Assembly (NCBI GenBank): GCA_900088475.1 | Contig: FLMG01003376.1 | Location: forward strand, 1-41,851 | DNA from: Hyphochytrium catenoides | Lineage: Eukaryota; Protista; Hyphochytriomycota | Direction: 5' to 3' | DNA length: 41,851 nt | Shown here: piece after piece, positions 11,019 to 22,703 of the stretch | How positions within the stretch are numbered: position 1 is the stretch's first letter | Layout: each line of letters begins with the position of its first letter | The notes under the pieces: model-generated | Told to the model about the DNA's origin: nothing | Databases searched by the model: none | The model's input: only the letters and a program-made list of their open reading frames with translations | Program-made: the position numbers and the translations under genes

Positions 11019-12994
11019 AGGCCAGCGCTTCATGTGGAATCAGGAGGATGGTAGAAACAACCAAAGCTATAAAGGTTAGCCGCCACGGCAGCAGCCTACG
11101 TGCCAAGTGACATGCTGAAATAGTCTGAGATTCAGCGGACAGGTATCTCCTTCTGCGGTGAAGTCACAGCTGCTGCACATGGAGATCGGATCTCTTTCTA
11201 GGGCGTTGAGACTCTGGAGATCTGAAGCTTGAAGCTTCGGCCGAAGATTTTTTGTCATCGTATTTCTTTGGGATTGCAAGCGAGGGAAGGCTCCTGGCGC
11301 CACAGGGATAGGTCTCCTCTCACTGTGGCCTAACACTCAATCTATCAATGTAGATGGGGGTGACCCCAACGAGACGAAGTGGGAGGAGGTGAGGTTACCC
11401 CTTCGCAGTGTTAATCTTAGGGTTACATAATTCGGAATATATATATGCACATCAGTGACCATACCAAAGTAACAGCAAACGATCGAGAATAATGGAATAA
11501 TGGGACGCTTGGGGCTGGCCGTTAGCGGACGGCGTTATGGGCGTTCTTCCAGATCCCAGATCTCCGAAGCTCAATTCTCTGTCTCCACGTCTCCACCAGA
11601 CAGTGCAGATCTAATCTTCATAGCAGTGCAGTTCAACAGAGACATCATCGCTCTGAGGCAGCTTGGGCCCCGGCGGTAGCTGATAACGAGTAAGATTAGA
11701 CACCTTTCTTCTTCGTTCTTGATCGTTGAGGTTACTCGCTTGTTGCTACGTGACTTTGCCTAAGAAAAGCGGTTCTGAAGGAAGCGTATCTCATCAAGAG
11801 ACATATGCCTCTACTCGCATCTCGTCACAACTCAACTCACTCTTCGCGAATAAGAGAAGTAAGCTTGACCTGTGGGTGGCCGCGCTCAGCAGTCTTAAGC
11901 TAGGCATGTGACCTATATTTAGACTAAACCTTGTTGGATGATAGTGCTCTGCTCTTTCACCTCCAACGATGGATCCGCATCTGCTAGCTTGCTGCGGCCT
12001 ACCCGCAACGAGGCTCATAATTCGAGGGCCACATTATAGCATCATGACGTAGTCAGTGAAAGCTCTGGGATGTACCCGTAGCAGGGCGCTCTTTCTGAGC
12101 AGCTCGTAAGCTGTGCAATACATTTCTCTCAATAGTTTACCAGGAAGAGGAATCTTGGCCGTCGCTCCGGGAGTCTATGCCCCACGTCCCACTCAGGTCA
12201 ATTGTGGCAACTTCAGCAAGATTGGGCGTGGACGCGAGCTGGGCCCGTCGTCTTAGTGGGCGTCTCTGCTCTAAATTTTCACTCTGTGCTAGTGGGCACC
12301 AAACGTCTCTGGGCAGAATGATAAGCTCCCTTATACGCTGAGACGATAAGGGCTCTATCACCTCGTGTTCTCACTCCGCCCTGCACTATTATACTCTTCC
12401 CAGTGCTTCCACAGCTTCCTCGGTGCTACCCTCTCCCTTCTTCTCCGTTTCTCTCTACCAGTCTGGGTATTGCGTGCTATCGCATAGAGCGATGTCCGGT
12501 CTATCGTATTCTCCTTTGTAGAGCTACCCGGTGATCAGTCTTTTCCAAGTTCCCTTCTTCTGTATGGCCACGGCACCTTCTTCGTCCTCATGAGATCCCT
12601 CTGCCCCTTCTCCTGCCACTCTATATGCGTCTTTCCCCCTCATGTTGGCCAAGGTTTCCTAGCGTTGGACTTTCAGGACCATTCTTATCCAAGAAGCCGA
12701 GCATGGAATGAATCATTGATTATCTTAAGCTTTGTTAAATATCTCTCCTCCTCCTCCTCCTGTGGTCAGAGCAAGTCAGTTGTCCATAAAGCTGCGATGT
12801 AAAAAGGACGCGTACGTTCGGATCTTCTCTCTCTACAAAACCTTCTACTTTCAGGTTTACCCTTTCTAAAGGGTGAGACACGAGTAGGATTAAGGGAAGA
12901 ATGACGGGAAGGCGAGAGAGAGAGAGACAGGAAAGGCTAAGGCTAGCAATCCTTTCCTCTCCTTGCATTGCCTCTATTCAAGCCTGCCTGTCAC

Positions 12995-15900
12995 TCAGAT
13001 TTCCGCCTCCATGCTATCCAACGCCAATCGCTTTTGCCAGCGCAGCAGCACAGGCTTCGAGAGAGTCTTTAAAGTCCTTAAGCTCTGCTCAAAGCCAATC
13101 TCCCATGTGCTAATACCGTTGATCGTGAGGAGAATGTCTCCAGGGGAGACCAGAGCCAGGTCAGGATAGTTGCCTTTCCCTGTCAACCTGCTAACGACGG
13201 GCAAATGGCTGACATCGTCCTCGTAAAGAGAGAGCCCCAGCGGTCCTTGCAACCAGTTTGTGTTAAACTGCCCTTCCTGCATTGAGTTTGATCGCAAGAG
13301 AACCTCACTGTTAGGGGCTGAGGACTGGCCCTCCGTCGGCCTTGGAGCAAGTCCTCCTGCTGGGTCATAGGGCCGCCGGAACACTAGAGTTACTGGCTTT
13401 ACGGCCGAGCCTAATAAGTTAATGATCTCATCAAAGTTCTTCCCTTCTACGGCGCTGCCTCCAGCCCTGATAAGGAGATCTCCCTTGTTCACTTTACTGA
13501 TCTCTGGGCAGACAGACCGGCCAGTGAGCCTTCGCACGCAAGGAAGACCCGTAAGCCCGTCTTTTTTCATTGTGATACCCAGTGGCCCTTCCGTCCAGTG
13601 GAAGGAATATTCATCGCCAGGAAAGGACGGTGACGAGAAAGACGGAGTAGGAGAGGAAGAAGGAAAGGAAGAATGTATAGGGGGCGAGGGAACAGGTTGA
13701 GGCGGCATTGGAGCCGATTGCCGTGTGATGCTGATGGTTTGACTCCCGTCTCTGTGCGCTGGAGAGTTCTGCTGCTCGCCTCCATAGCCTCTGCTTCCTC
13801 TGCTAGGAGGTCGCTCAGATGTGTACGTAGAGGCCAAAGAAGATGCAGGAGGCGGTGAAGGAGAAGAAGCCACGGGTCCACCAAAGGCGGAAGCATAACT
13901 AGATGGTGGAGCTTGCTGCCAATCACTCTGTGAAGCGTAATGGGTTGACGTTGACTGATAGAAAGGAGAGGTTGAAGACGAACCCGTGAAATTTGGCAAT
14001 GGCTGCTGTTCGACCACCGAAGAGTAGGAGGGCTTCTCAACTGCAGAGGAGTAAGGAGGAGAGAGAGGCTCATAGAACGAAGACGGGGCTGCAGGAGGTG
14101 CATTCTGATAAGAAGACGGCGGGGTCTGTCCCTCTTTGAAAAAAGAGGATGAGCCCTTTCCTGTGGTCTCGAGGGCCGAGGCTGACGAGTAATCTCCGCT
14201 GCTTCCACCTCGAGACAACGCCGCAGTGCCCTGCATGCCTCCTCGCGAAGTCCGTCCTCCGCTGTGTCCTCTAGATAAAGAGGGCGCGGAAGAGGGTCCT
14301 GCATAGGCAGGAGAGTTCAGTGGTGATGCCTCACGCGTCTGGCGACTTTCAGGAGCTGAAGCATCATACAAGCTAGCTGCAATAGGGCCAGACAGAGATG
14401 ATGACAGATGCGTGGAGCCGGAAGAAGCTGGAAAAGCAGACGTCAAGGACGATGAGAGAGACCCCATGTCATTGGCCACAAGAGATTGATTTGAAGGAGA
14501 TTGCGAGAGGGGTGGCGCAAGCGTCGTCGCAATCTGGGAAGGACGGAGCTTCTGAAATCTCAAGATTATCGGCTTCTCCAGCTTAGCTAGAGATTCCATC
14601 ATCTCTGTGTAGCTCATACCAAAGGCAGACGTAGAGTTGAAAGAGAGAAGAAGGTCTCCCACAGCCACTTTCTCTCTCACTTCTCGTGAGCCCTTTCCTG
14701 TCAATCTTTTAACGGAGGCGGTGTGCCTCTGTTCATCTCTCTGGAAGGCAATGCCCAGCGGTCCACCGGCCCAGACCACGGTATACTCTTCTGCCCCGCT
14801 GTCAGAGGATGAAGATGCAGACCGCGAAGAGAGAAGAGAAGCACCATGGGATGTAGAGGTATATCCGCCCCCTGCTCCTGTTGCTTGAGCTGTGCCATTG
14901 AGCATATAGTCGCTGCCACCTCTTGAGTCATAGAAAGAGTCTTCTTTTCCTCCGCCACTTCTCTCTCTTTCAAAGCTATTCCTTTTGTGAGTCTGAGAGG
15001 GAGGGATGGGAGGGCGAGCGTGGGGAGAGACTTCTGGAGTGAGAAATGCTCCCTTTTTCGACGGAGAAGAGGGGATGCTGGACGCCGTTCCGTTCTCCGC
15101 CTCTCCATTGTTTCTGCTTGAGGCAGAAATAGCCCTAGGCACTGGAGAGAGATCCTCCCTAGGGGTTGAAGCTAGAGGAGAGGGACTGAGAGAGAGCTTT
15201 TCTTGCGACTGCTGTCTTCCATTTAAAGGAATTGGAGGAGGAATCTCAAGCGTCTTCAGGTTCTCCGCTGTCAGAAGGCTATCTGTCTTCTTTCTCGCCC
15301 CCTCCTGCCCTGAAGCAGCCCCAGCAGTTGCTGTCGCGGCAGCAGAGGACTGAGCACCTGCATCTCTTTCTCTTCTCCGCTCTCCGCCACTTCTGGACTT
15401 CTTCCCTCCGACTAATCGACTGAACTGCATGACGACCGGCCTCTGGTCAGAAGTGAGGATGTCGCAGACCGCCTTATAACCTATTTGAGAGCACACTTTG
15501 TTGTTGACTAACGTCAGGATGTCGCCCTGAGCTGCATGTTCCAGACCCGAACTTGTCCCTTTGCCTGTCAGGCGCTTGATCATGGGGCGAGAGTCCGCTG
15601 TCTTAGTAAGTACAATCCCTAGAGGCCCATCTTGCCACAGGACCGTGTACATTCTGACCTCTCCCTCTCCTGAGGAGCGAGAGGGCGATGAGCGAGAACG
15701 TGAGGAAGCAGAGTGCACGCGAGAGAAGCGAAGGATGACAGGCTTGGGCAGATCTCGGAGTAGCTTCATGCTGGCATCGAAGCCATTCTGCGCCGTAGAC
15801 TTGTCGTTAAGCGCGATTAGCTCGTCGTTGACCTTAACCACAGCGCGAATCGTCTCGCTGGCACGCTCTGTAACGACAAGAATGGCCGGAATGTTATTCT

Positions 15901-17041
15901 TGCTGCGGACGAAAGAGATACCGAGGTCTCCTTCAGTCCAGGTGACTGTGTATTCCTTGGGCTCAGGAGGAGGAGAGAGAGAAGGAGCCGATAAAGGAGC
16001 AGCCTGAAGTCCAGCGAGCTGCATATTCTGCACTTGCAGCTGCAGTGTCTGCTCTAATTGGGCTAAACGCGACTGCAAAAGTTCTAACTGCTGTGCCTCA
16101 ACACTCGTTCCTCCTCCTCGCCCGCCGCCTTCGTCGTCATCTTCACGGGGTCTTCGTGGCTTCTTAGGCTTCTCTTTCTTTGGTTTTCCTTTTGGTTTGC
16201 TCTTGGCCTTAGCCGCTTTACTAGCAGCAGCGGCAGCCTGCGCGGCTTGTGCGGCCTTTCGAGCCCTGACGGGTATGGATTCATCATCAAAGTCTTCGTC
16301 CGAATCTTCGTCGGAGTCGTCGGAATCATAGTCTGAAGAGCCTGTTTCATCATCCCATGCTGGGGAGAACAGAACACGAAGAGAGAGAGAGAGAGATGCG
16401 GTCAAAAAGAGGGGGCCAACACCAAGGATGGAGCTCCATTTCGAGCAACAACAGATGAGACACAGAGAGGAAGCGAACAGCGAGGTTCTCAGAGAGCTAA
16501 GATCAAAGCTCGGAGGTGCATTAGCAGTAAGAAAGAGTAATGACAACTGCAAAGCGCCAACGAGAGGAAAAGCTGTGCACTGATGAAGAAAGAAGAGCTC
16601 TGGAGCTTCAAAAACTTACCATTTCCATTGATCTTCGCGGTAAAGCAAGCTCTTCGATGATGGACAGCGTTATTCCTGAGGCAAGCCTATGGGTCGAAGA
16701 AGAGAGAGTTATCCAAGCTGTAGAAGTGGAAAGGAGAGAGAAGCCTCCACACAGAGCCTCAGACATCAATAACAGAAAAGAGTGACAAAGAGCACATACA
16801 TAGAGAGATTGGAAGAGAGAAAGCCGCCCAGAGAGGACGACAGAGCGCCAAGCGATCTACTCACCATCGTGCAGTAGTACACTGATTTGCAGTTGTTACA
16901 AGGAAAGTTAGCTCCCAGCTCCCCGCAGTTAGCACAAGCCTCAGACATCGAGGAGCGGCGACTAAGGTGTGAAGACGAGACACTCTCAGTGTCATCATCC
17001 TTCATCTGCCGCAAGGCAGCGAACAAATCGTGGTTTGCCAT
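12995..17041 (-). CDS. ~1202-aa MYND zinc finger + five PDZ-like domains, scaffold protein
   Basis: Exons 17041-16865, 16686-16620, 16359-12995, phases consistent. Spliced finger: CANCGELGANFPCNNCKSVYYCTM|ACLRNNAVHHRRAC. Five repeats of Y/F-x-x-x-W-x-x-G-[DP]-LG-[IL]...K/R-P-V/I-x-L-x-F/W separated by Ser/Pro-rich linkers. Confidence 0.88.
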
Positions 17042-19203
17042 CCTTCTTGCTCCCTACTTCTTTCCTAGCCGGAGGGTTTTTCCCTCAATTGTTATCTAGC
17101 AGGCAACACCAAGCCTTATGACTCCTGGGGCACAGCTTGGAACCGTGGGCCGGCACGCTTGGCCTTACCCCGATCTCAGATCATCTTGGGCTCCCTTCAT
17201 GAGTTCGCAGGCACCCAATTACCCTCCGTCGCCGTCCTTCTCAGAATCTCTACGTTCTAATGCCCCACGAGCTCTTCCAATGCAGCCCAAACGCGCCAGG
17301 CAGAAAAAAAATAATGTAGCCGGCGGTATGGTCGCTGAGAATAAGCGCTCAACGGCTTGCTTTAACAGGAGAGGAGAGCTGTGTCATAGAAAAGATGAAT
17401 CTGGAGCTTGAACAAAAGAGAGGAGATCTATAGCAAAGGGAGCTGCCTAGCAATCTGCAGATGTTATTGAGAAAGCTCTGATTCTCTCTCCTGCAGTCAC
17501 CTGCTGCTGCACTTCCCAATGACAGACGGTACATACAGACACAATTATATCACAGTGCGAGAGAGGAGAGCACGAAGAGAGCAGGGAGCGAGGAAGTAGG
17601 AAGAGAAGACAGAGGAAGAGGAGAAAGGAAAGAGAAAGAGAGAGAGAGAGAGAGAGAGNNNNNNNNNNNNNNNNNNNNNNNNNNNNNNNNNNNNNNNNNN
17701 NNNNNNNNNAGAGAGAGAGAGAGAGAGGGAGAGAGAGGGAGAGGACTGAGTGCCAAACCCCAGAGACAAAAAGGGCCGACATCTCATGTCCATTCGTCAC
17801 CTCTCTGTCTCTTTGAGGTAATACCTATAACTCTAAGTACTTACATATATATCTCCCTCTCTGTCTCACCCCTGGTCCCCTTGTGTTGCGTCTTTCTACA
17901 TAAACAACGGGAGAGGAGGAAACCCTCCGTCCACCAGCCACAAGGTTTCCCCTAAGTCTCGGTCTGCACTCACTCATCATTGTCGATCGAGGAGACAGAC
18001 AGGCAGACAGAGAGAGGGACAAAAGGTATTTAGTGGTAGACATAATGAGAATGTTCACGAGAAAGAAAGAGCAAGAGAGAGAGGAAGAGAGGCGGAGAGG
18101 ATCGGTCCACTTTCCTTCTCCAGCCTTCATCTCGGTTCTTTTTTTTTCTCTCTCTTCCTCTGTCTCTCTAACACACATACCTATAACCCCTATGGTACGC
18201 ATCTCTTATGGTTCTAATTCGCACATCATACTTCGACGTAGGAATAATAACGGGCAACATCAAGACAGAGCCCGGCAGTTTCCATGCATTATGTTAGTAG
18301 TTCTACCCCATAGAGGCATGACCGTCGTACTTCTGAACAAAATTTGGGGTCTGCTGTGTGTTTGCCTTTGGACCTTGGGACTGGTCTGATCAGTGCGAAA
18401 GGGGGTCCCTCAACAGAACCAACCACAATTCACTATATTTTAAATAGAATCAGCCATAAACTGGGCTATACTTGATTCCGTAGTTCTTCATTCGGGACAA
18501 GCACGATTCATCTGATTCGAGGGTAGAATACATATGGCCTGCTGATTAACCACCAGTGACTAGTTACCAAATAAGAACTAGTGATTGATCTGATGGAGTT
18601 GGACTGTGAAGGTTTCATCTACAACTGAGTAAAAGAAGTAATTAAACCCGTAATAATATCCCTCGTGGAAAGAAAGATTGAAAGCTTCCTAAAGCTTTCC
18701 CGTCTTTTAGCGGTTGAAGGTAATGTTCAATTCTGAATTGTAATTTTATCAAAACCTCTGTAGGAGGTAAGAGGGAGAGAAGATCTTACTTTTCGTCTTC
18801 GTAAAATACCATTCCACGTAGGCCAAGGCAAGGAGACAGAAGAGAGAAAGACAAAGCAAAATATCCAAAGCGCCCGAGCTTCATCTGCAGACAGAGTGAA
18901 GCTCCAGACGAAGCTTCAAGCCAGAGACTATCTAAGAGTTACCCGGGCTGTTATTGCTCTGGCAAAAAGACAGGTGCTGGAACCTAGAGGGCGGTCGTGG
19001 AGCTCAATAACTTGGTGAATATAGCTTGGAGCGCCTCCAACTTTGGCTCCTGCATCTTAACCTGAGCTGGTTGCGCGTTGATGAACCGACTCATTTAAAG
19101 GACCACAGCCCGAAAGGACCACGGGCTTGGTAAGATGCACCTCTTCAGCTGAGCTATACCGTGTCTCTAACTGTGCGAAAAATAGGGGAGCCCTTCCAGT
19201 GCC

Positions 19204-22203
19204 ATGATCTCACAGTTCTACGTCCTATCTAATAGAGGAGATACCATTATCTCCAGGGACTATCGGGGTGACTGTCCCCGGAGGTCGGGAGAAATATTCT
19301 TCCGTAAGGTTAGTCGAAGTGTCCCATCGTTTCGGAGTGTCTCATCCTCTACGTTTCTCTTATTCTTCGTCCTCTAGACCTATGCAACCTTCAGTCTTAC
19401 TTTGCCGTCTACTTATACAAGGCAGAGACACCCTAATATACTTTCTTGGGTTGCAGGTGAAGTTCTGGGAGAAGGGCGATGCGCCGCCGTGCTTCATTGT
19501 CGATGGCGTGAACTACCTCTTCGTTAAGAAAAATGCCCTATACTTTGTGGCAACCACAAGGTACAGCTCCTTATCCTTCCACCTTCATGGATTTCTAGTG
19601 CGAGAGAGATCTACATCAGCCATGAGTATGTTCCTTGATTTCTTCTATGTATACCCTTCAACCTTCGTCCCCGTTGCTGTCTAGCCATAGCCACTTGATA
19701 ATCCTGTTCTTTGACAGATTTAATGTATCGCCGTCCTTCATTCTGGAGCTATTGACAAGGTTATGCAGAGTTTTCAAGGTGTGAAGCCAGGGATATGAAG
19801 CTTGTGCTCCTACCTATTCCCGCGTCTCACCCTCATCACTAACCCTTACTCTGCCCGCGGTCTCGCTTCTTCTTCTTTCTCTATGGCTCTCATAGTCAAT
19901 CACTATCTACGTCTTCTTTTTTGCTCCACCTTCTCTGACTCTGACCTCTCCCCCTATCGGTCCTCGCTCTTTAGGACTATTGCGGAGTGCTTAGTGAGGA
20001 GACTATCCGGAAGAACTTCATTCTAGTCTACGAGCTTTTAGATGAGTGTGTGGATTACGGCTACCCGCAGGACACCAGCACAGAGGGCCTTAAGGCACAC
20101 GTGCACAACGAGCCAATCCTCGTAGGAGCGGCCGCACAGGCCAAGACAGCAAACAAAGGAAAGCTTCTCAACCGTTCCACGAATATTAAGGCAGCGGCAG
20201 CAGTTAGGAAGCCGGTGGCGACGGGCCAGCAACGGAAGGCAGATGAGAACGAGCTCTTCTGCGATATTCTGGAGCGCCTTAATGTCGTCTTCAGTCCTTC
20301 AGGACAGGTTAGCAAGCAGTTTGAGGGAATGGACTCCTACGCCATGGTCTTATCGGTCTTTTTCTTCTTCTCACGTTCTTCCTCTTGAGCCTTCGAGATC
20401 GTATGGCACTGACGCGCGTCCTCATCTTTTCATTTGAACTGTCTCCTCGTCTGGAAGATGCTGAACTCCTCCATTGAGGGGCGCATACAAATGAAGAGCT
20501 ACTTAGCTGGGAACCCTGAGCTTCGGCTAGCGCTTAATGAGGATTTGGTTATTGGGCGCGGTATGGGAGGCTCAGTTATCCTGGATGACTGCAACTTCCA
20601 CGAATGTGTACAGTTGGACGAGTTCGAGAGAGACCGAGTCCTCATCTTCCAGGTAACATCTCTCTCTGGGTCGATACCTAGCTTCTTCCTACAGTTTCCT
20701 CTTTCTACTCATGTCTCTCCGATTACTCCTGTATTCAGATGATTCTCTTTTTACGTCTTGCTCGTGTGCCAACGTTCCTCTACTGCCTTGGCCGATGCTT
20801 GTTGTGGGAATCTACTAACCCTGTGATGCTCTCTCTCTCTCTTTCTTCTCTCTCTGTCTCTTTCACCTTCCCTTTCAGCCTCCAGACGGAGAGTTCACTG
20901 TGATAAACTATAGGATCACAGGAGAGTTCCGGGCGCCTTTCCGAATTTTCCCTTTCTTAGAGGAGCTCTCTCCCACGAAAGTGGAGGTACGACTATTGAG
21001 CACTTCCTCCCTTCCTCACCTTCATCTCCTTTCTCCTGCAATTAAAAGCAGAGCTCTCTCCTTCTTTCTCCTTCTCGTTTATTCCCTAGTGCTACCCTCT
21101 TCTCTTATTCCACTCTCCTCTATTTTGCCGTTGCCTAAACTGCCTTAGTCTAATGTCTGCGCTCTGGCTCTTGCTCACTCGCTTCGTCATTGCCATCGCA
21201 GCTCGTAGTGAAGATCCGCGCTGACATGCCCGAGGCGAACTATGGTGCAAACGTTATTATCAGATTCCCTGTCCCTCAGAAGACCGTCAGCGTTAGCTGT
21301 GATATTGGGAAAAATGCCGCTGGACAGATTGCAGAGTACAGAGAGAATGAGCATCAGGTGTGTATGTGTATGGAAGGGTCCATCTCCTCTCTCTCTCCCT
21401 TCCTCTCTCTCCTTCTCTCTCACGCTCTCGCCCTCTGACTCACACACACAGGCACACTTACACCCTTGTCGTTTCTAAAGAACCAACTGTTTACTCTAAT
21501 CCATAGAGGCTCTTTCAGCAAGCGCGCTCTCACTCGATCCCTAGTTCCACCTTGGCTGACTTTTCTTCTGTCTCTTTCGGACTCCTCTGCCCTCCCATCA
21601 GGTCCGATGGGCAATCAAGCGCTTCGCTGGTGCTTCAGAGATGACTCTGCGCGCTAAGATTACACTTTCTGAGCCTTCTCCCATGTGGAGAAAGGAAATT
21701 GGACCGGTTTCCATGAACTTCGAGGTCCCTATGTACAACGTATCGAATCTACAGGTGAGGGCGAGCGGACAAGGATGCTGACTAAAGCGGGAAGAGAGGC
21801 GAGGGAGAGAGAGAGAGGTGGCATTTCTCCTTTGGAAGCATTAGACCAAGAGAGAAAATCTTGGATGTAGAAGCTTCATGACGTAAAGGACGGCGAATGG
21901 TTTCAGGAAGACTCTTATTCTTAAAGAGATATTAGAGACTGACAGCGGAGGAATAGAGGAGGATGGCGGCGCAGGGAAAGAGCGCGGATAATTGGGGAGG
22001 AGGAAAGAGAGAAAGAGATGAAGAAGAGTGTCCCATTGCTTCTGAACAGAGAGTTCATAAAAGAGAGAGAGTTGTTTTCTGACAGCATTCTTTCCCAGGT
22101 TCGCTATCTGCGCATCCCTGAGCACGCTCGACATCCGAGCTACAAGTACAAGCGTTGGGTGCGATACGTTACTCAGTCTTCCTCATACATTTGCAGGCTC
22201 TAG
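19204..22203 (+). CDS. AP4M1: Adaptor protein complex medium chain, AP-4 mu subunit (439 aa)
   Basis: Exons 19204-19308, 19457-19560, 19718-19778, 19975-20307, 20458-20652, 20879-20986, 21202-21357, 21602-21754, 22099-22203 (1320 nt). Motifs: MISQFYVLSNRGDTIISRDYRGD, DYCGVLSEETIRKNFILVYELLDECVDYGYPQ, LDDCNFHECV, PPDGEF, and the end RWVRYVTQSSSYICRL*, typical of mu4. Confidence 0.95.
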
Positions 22204-22703
22204 GAGAGCTTGAAAGAAGGCGCGCGAGAGAGGGAGAGAAAGGCACAAGGAGTGACAGAGAGTTTGTGGATGGATTTGGAGCGAGTAGAGTTGCTCTAAC
22301 AGCTTTTGTTAGATAGATCTTACAGCTGAGTGCGAGCTGAGGCGTGGTCCATAGTAAATCAATGAAAAGCAATAATTATTAGTTGGACATAGGCGGGATG
22401 ACCTGTCCAATAGCAAAGAGGAAAGAAGATCAGAATGAGGAAGAGAGAGAGGAAAAGAGAGAAAGACGACGGAAGAAGCGAAAAGGAGAGACAAAAGTTA
22501 AGGCGGAAAGGAGACCAAGAACAGAGGAAGGTAGATGACGACAGAAAGACAGAGAAAACCAAGAAAGAAAGAGTCAGGAAACCGAGGTCTCTCTTATGAA
22601 AAAAGGAAGAAGGCACTGTCGTTGAAACGATGGAGGACCAGAAGTTAGAGAGGGAACCAGCTTTAAAGAAGAGAAAGATAGATGGGAGAGAGAGAGAGTT
22701 CGC

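Noticed and set aside
16360-16552. N-terminal extension of the 1185-aa ORF resembling a signal peptide
   Set aside because: It is intron read-through; the ccccag acceptor at 16360 joins in frame to the MYND exons.
17659-17709. N runs here and at 25392, 26896, 28065, 28850 and 40851
   Set aside because: Assembly gaps, mostly at GA microsatellites, not biological features.
19089-19100. CTCATTT initiator-like motif upstream of AP4M1
   Set aside because: No FPR half-site, and the motif is too short to support alone.
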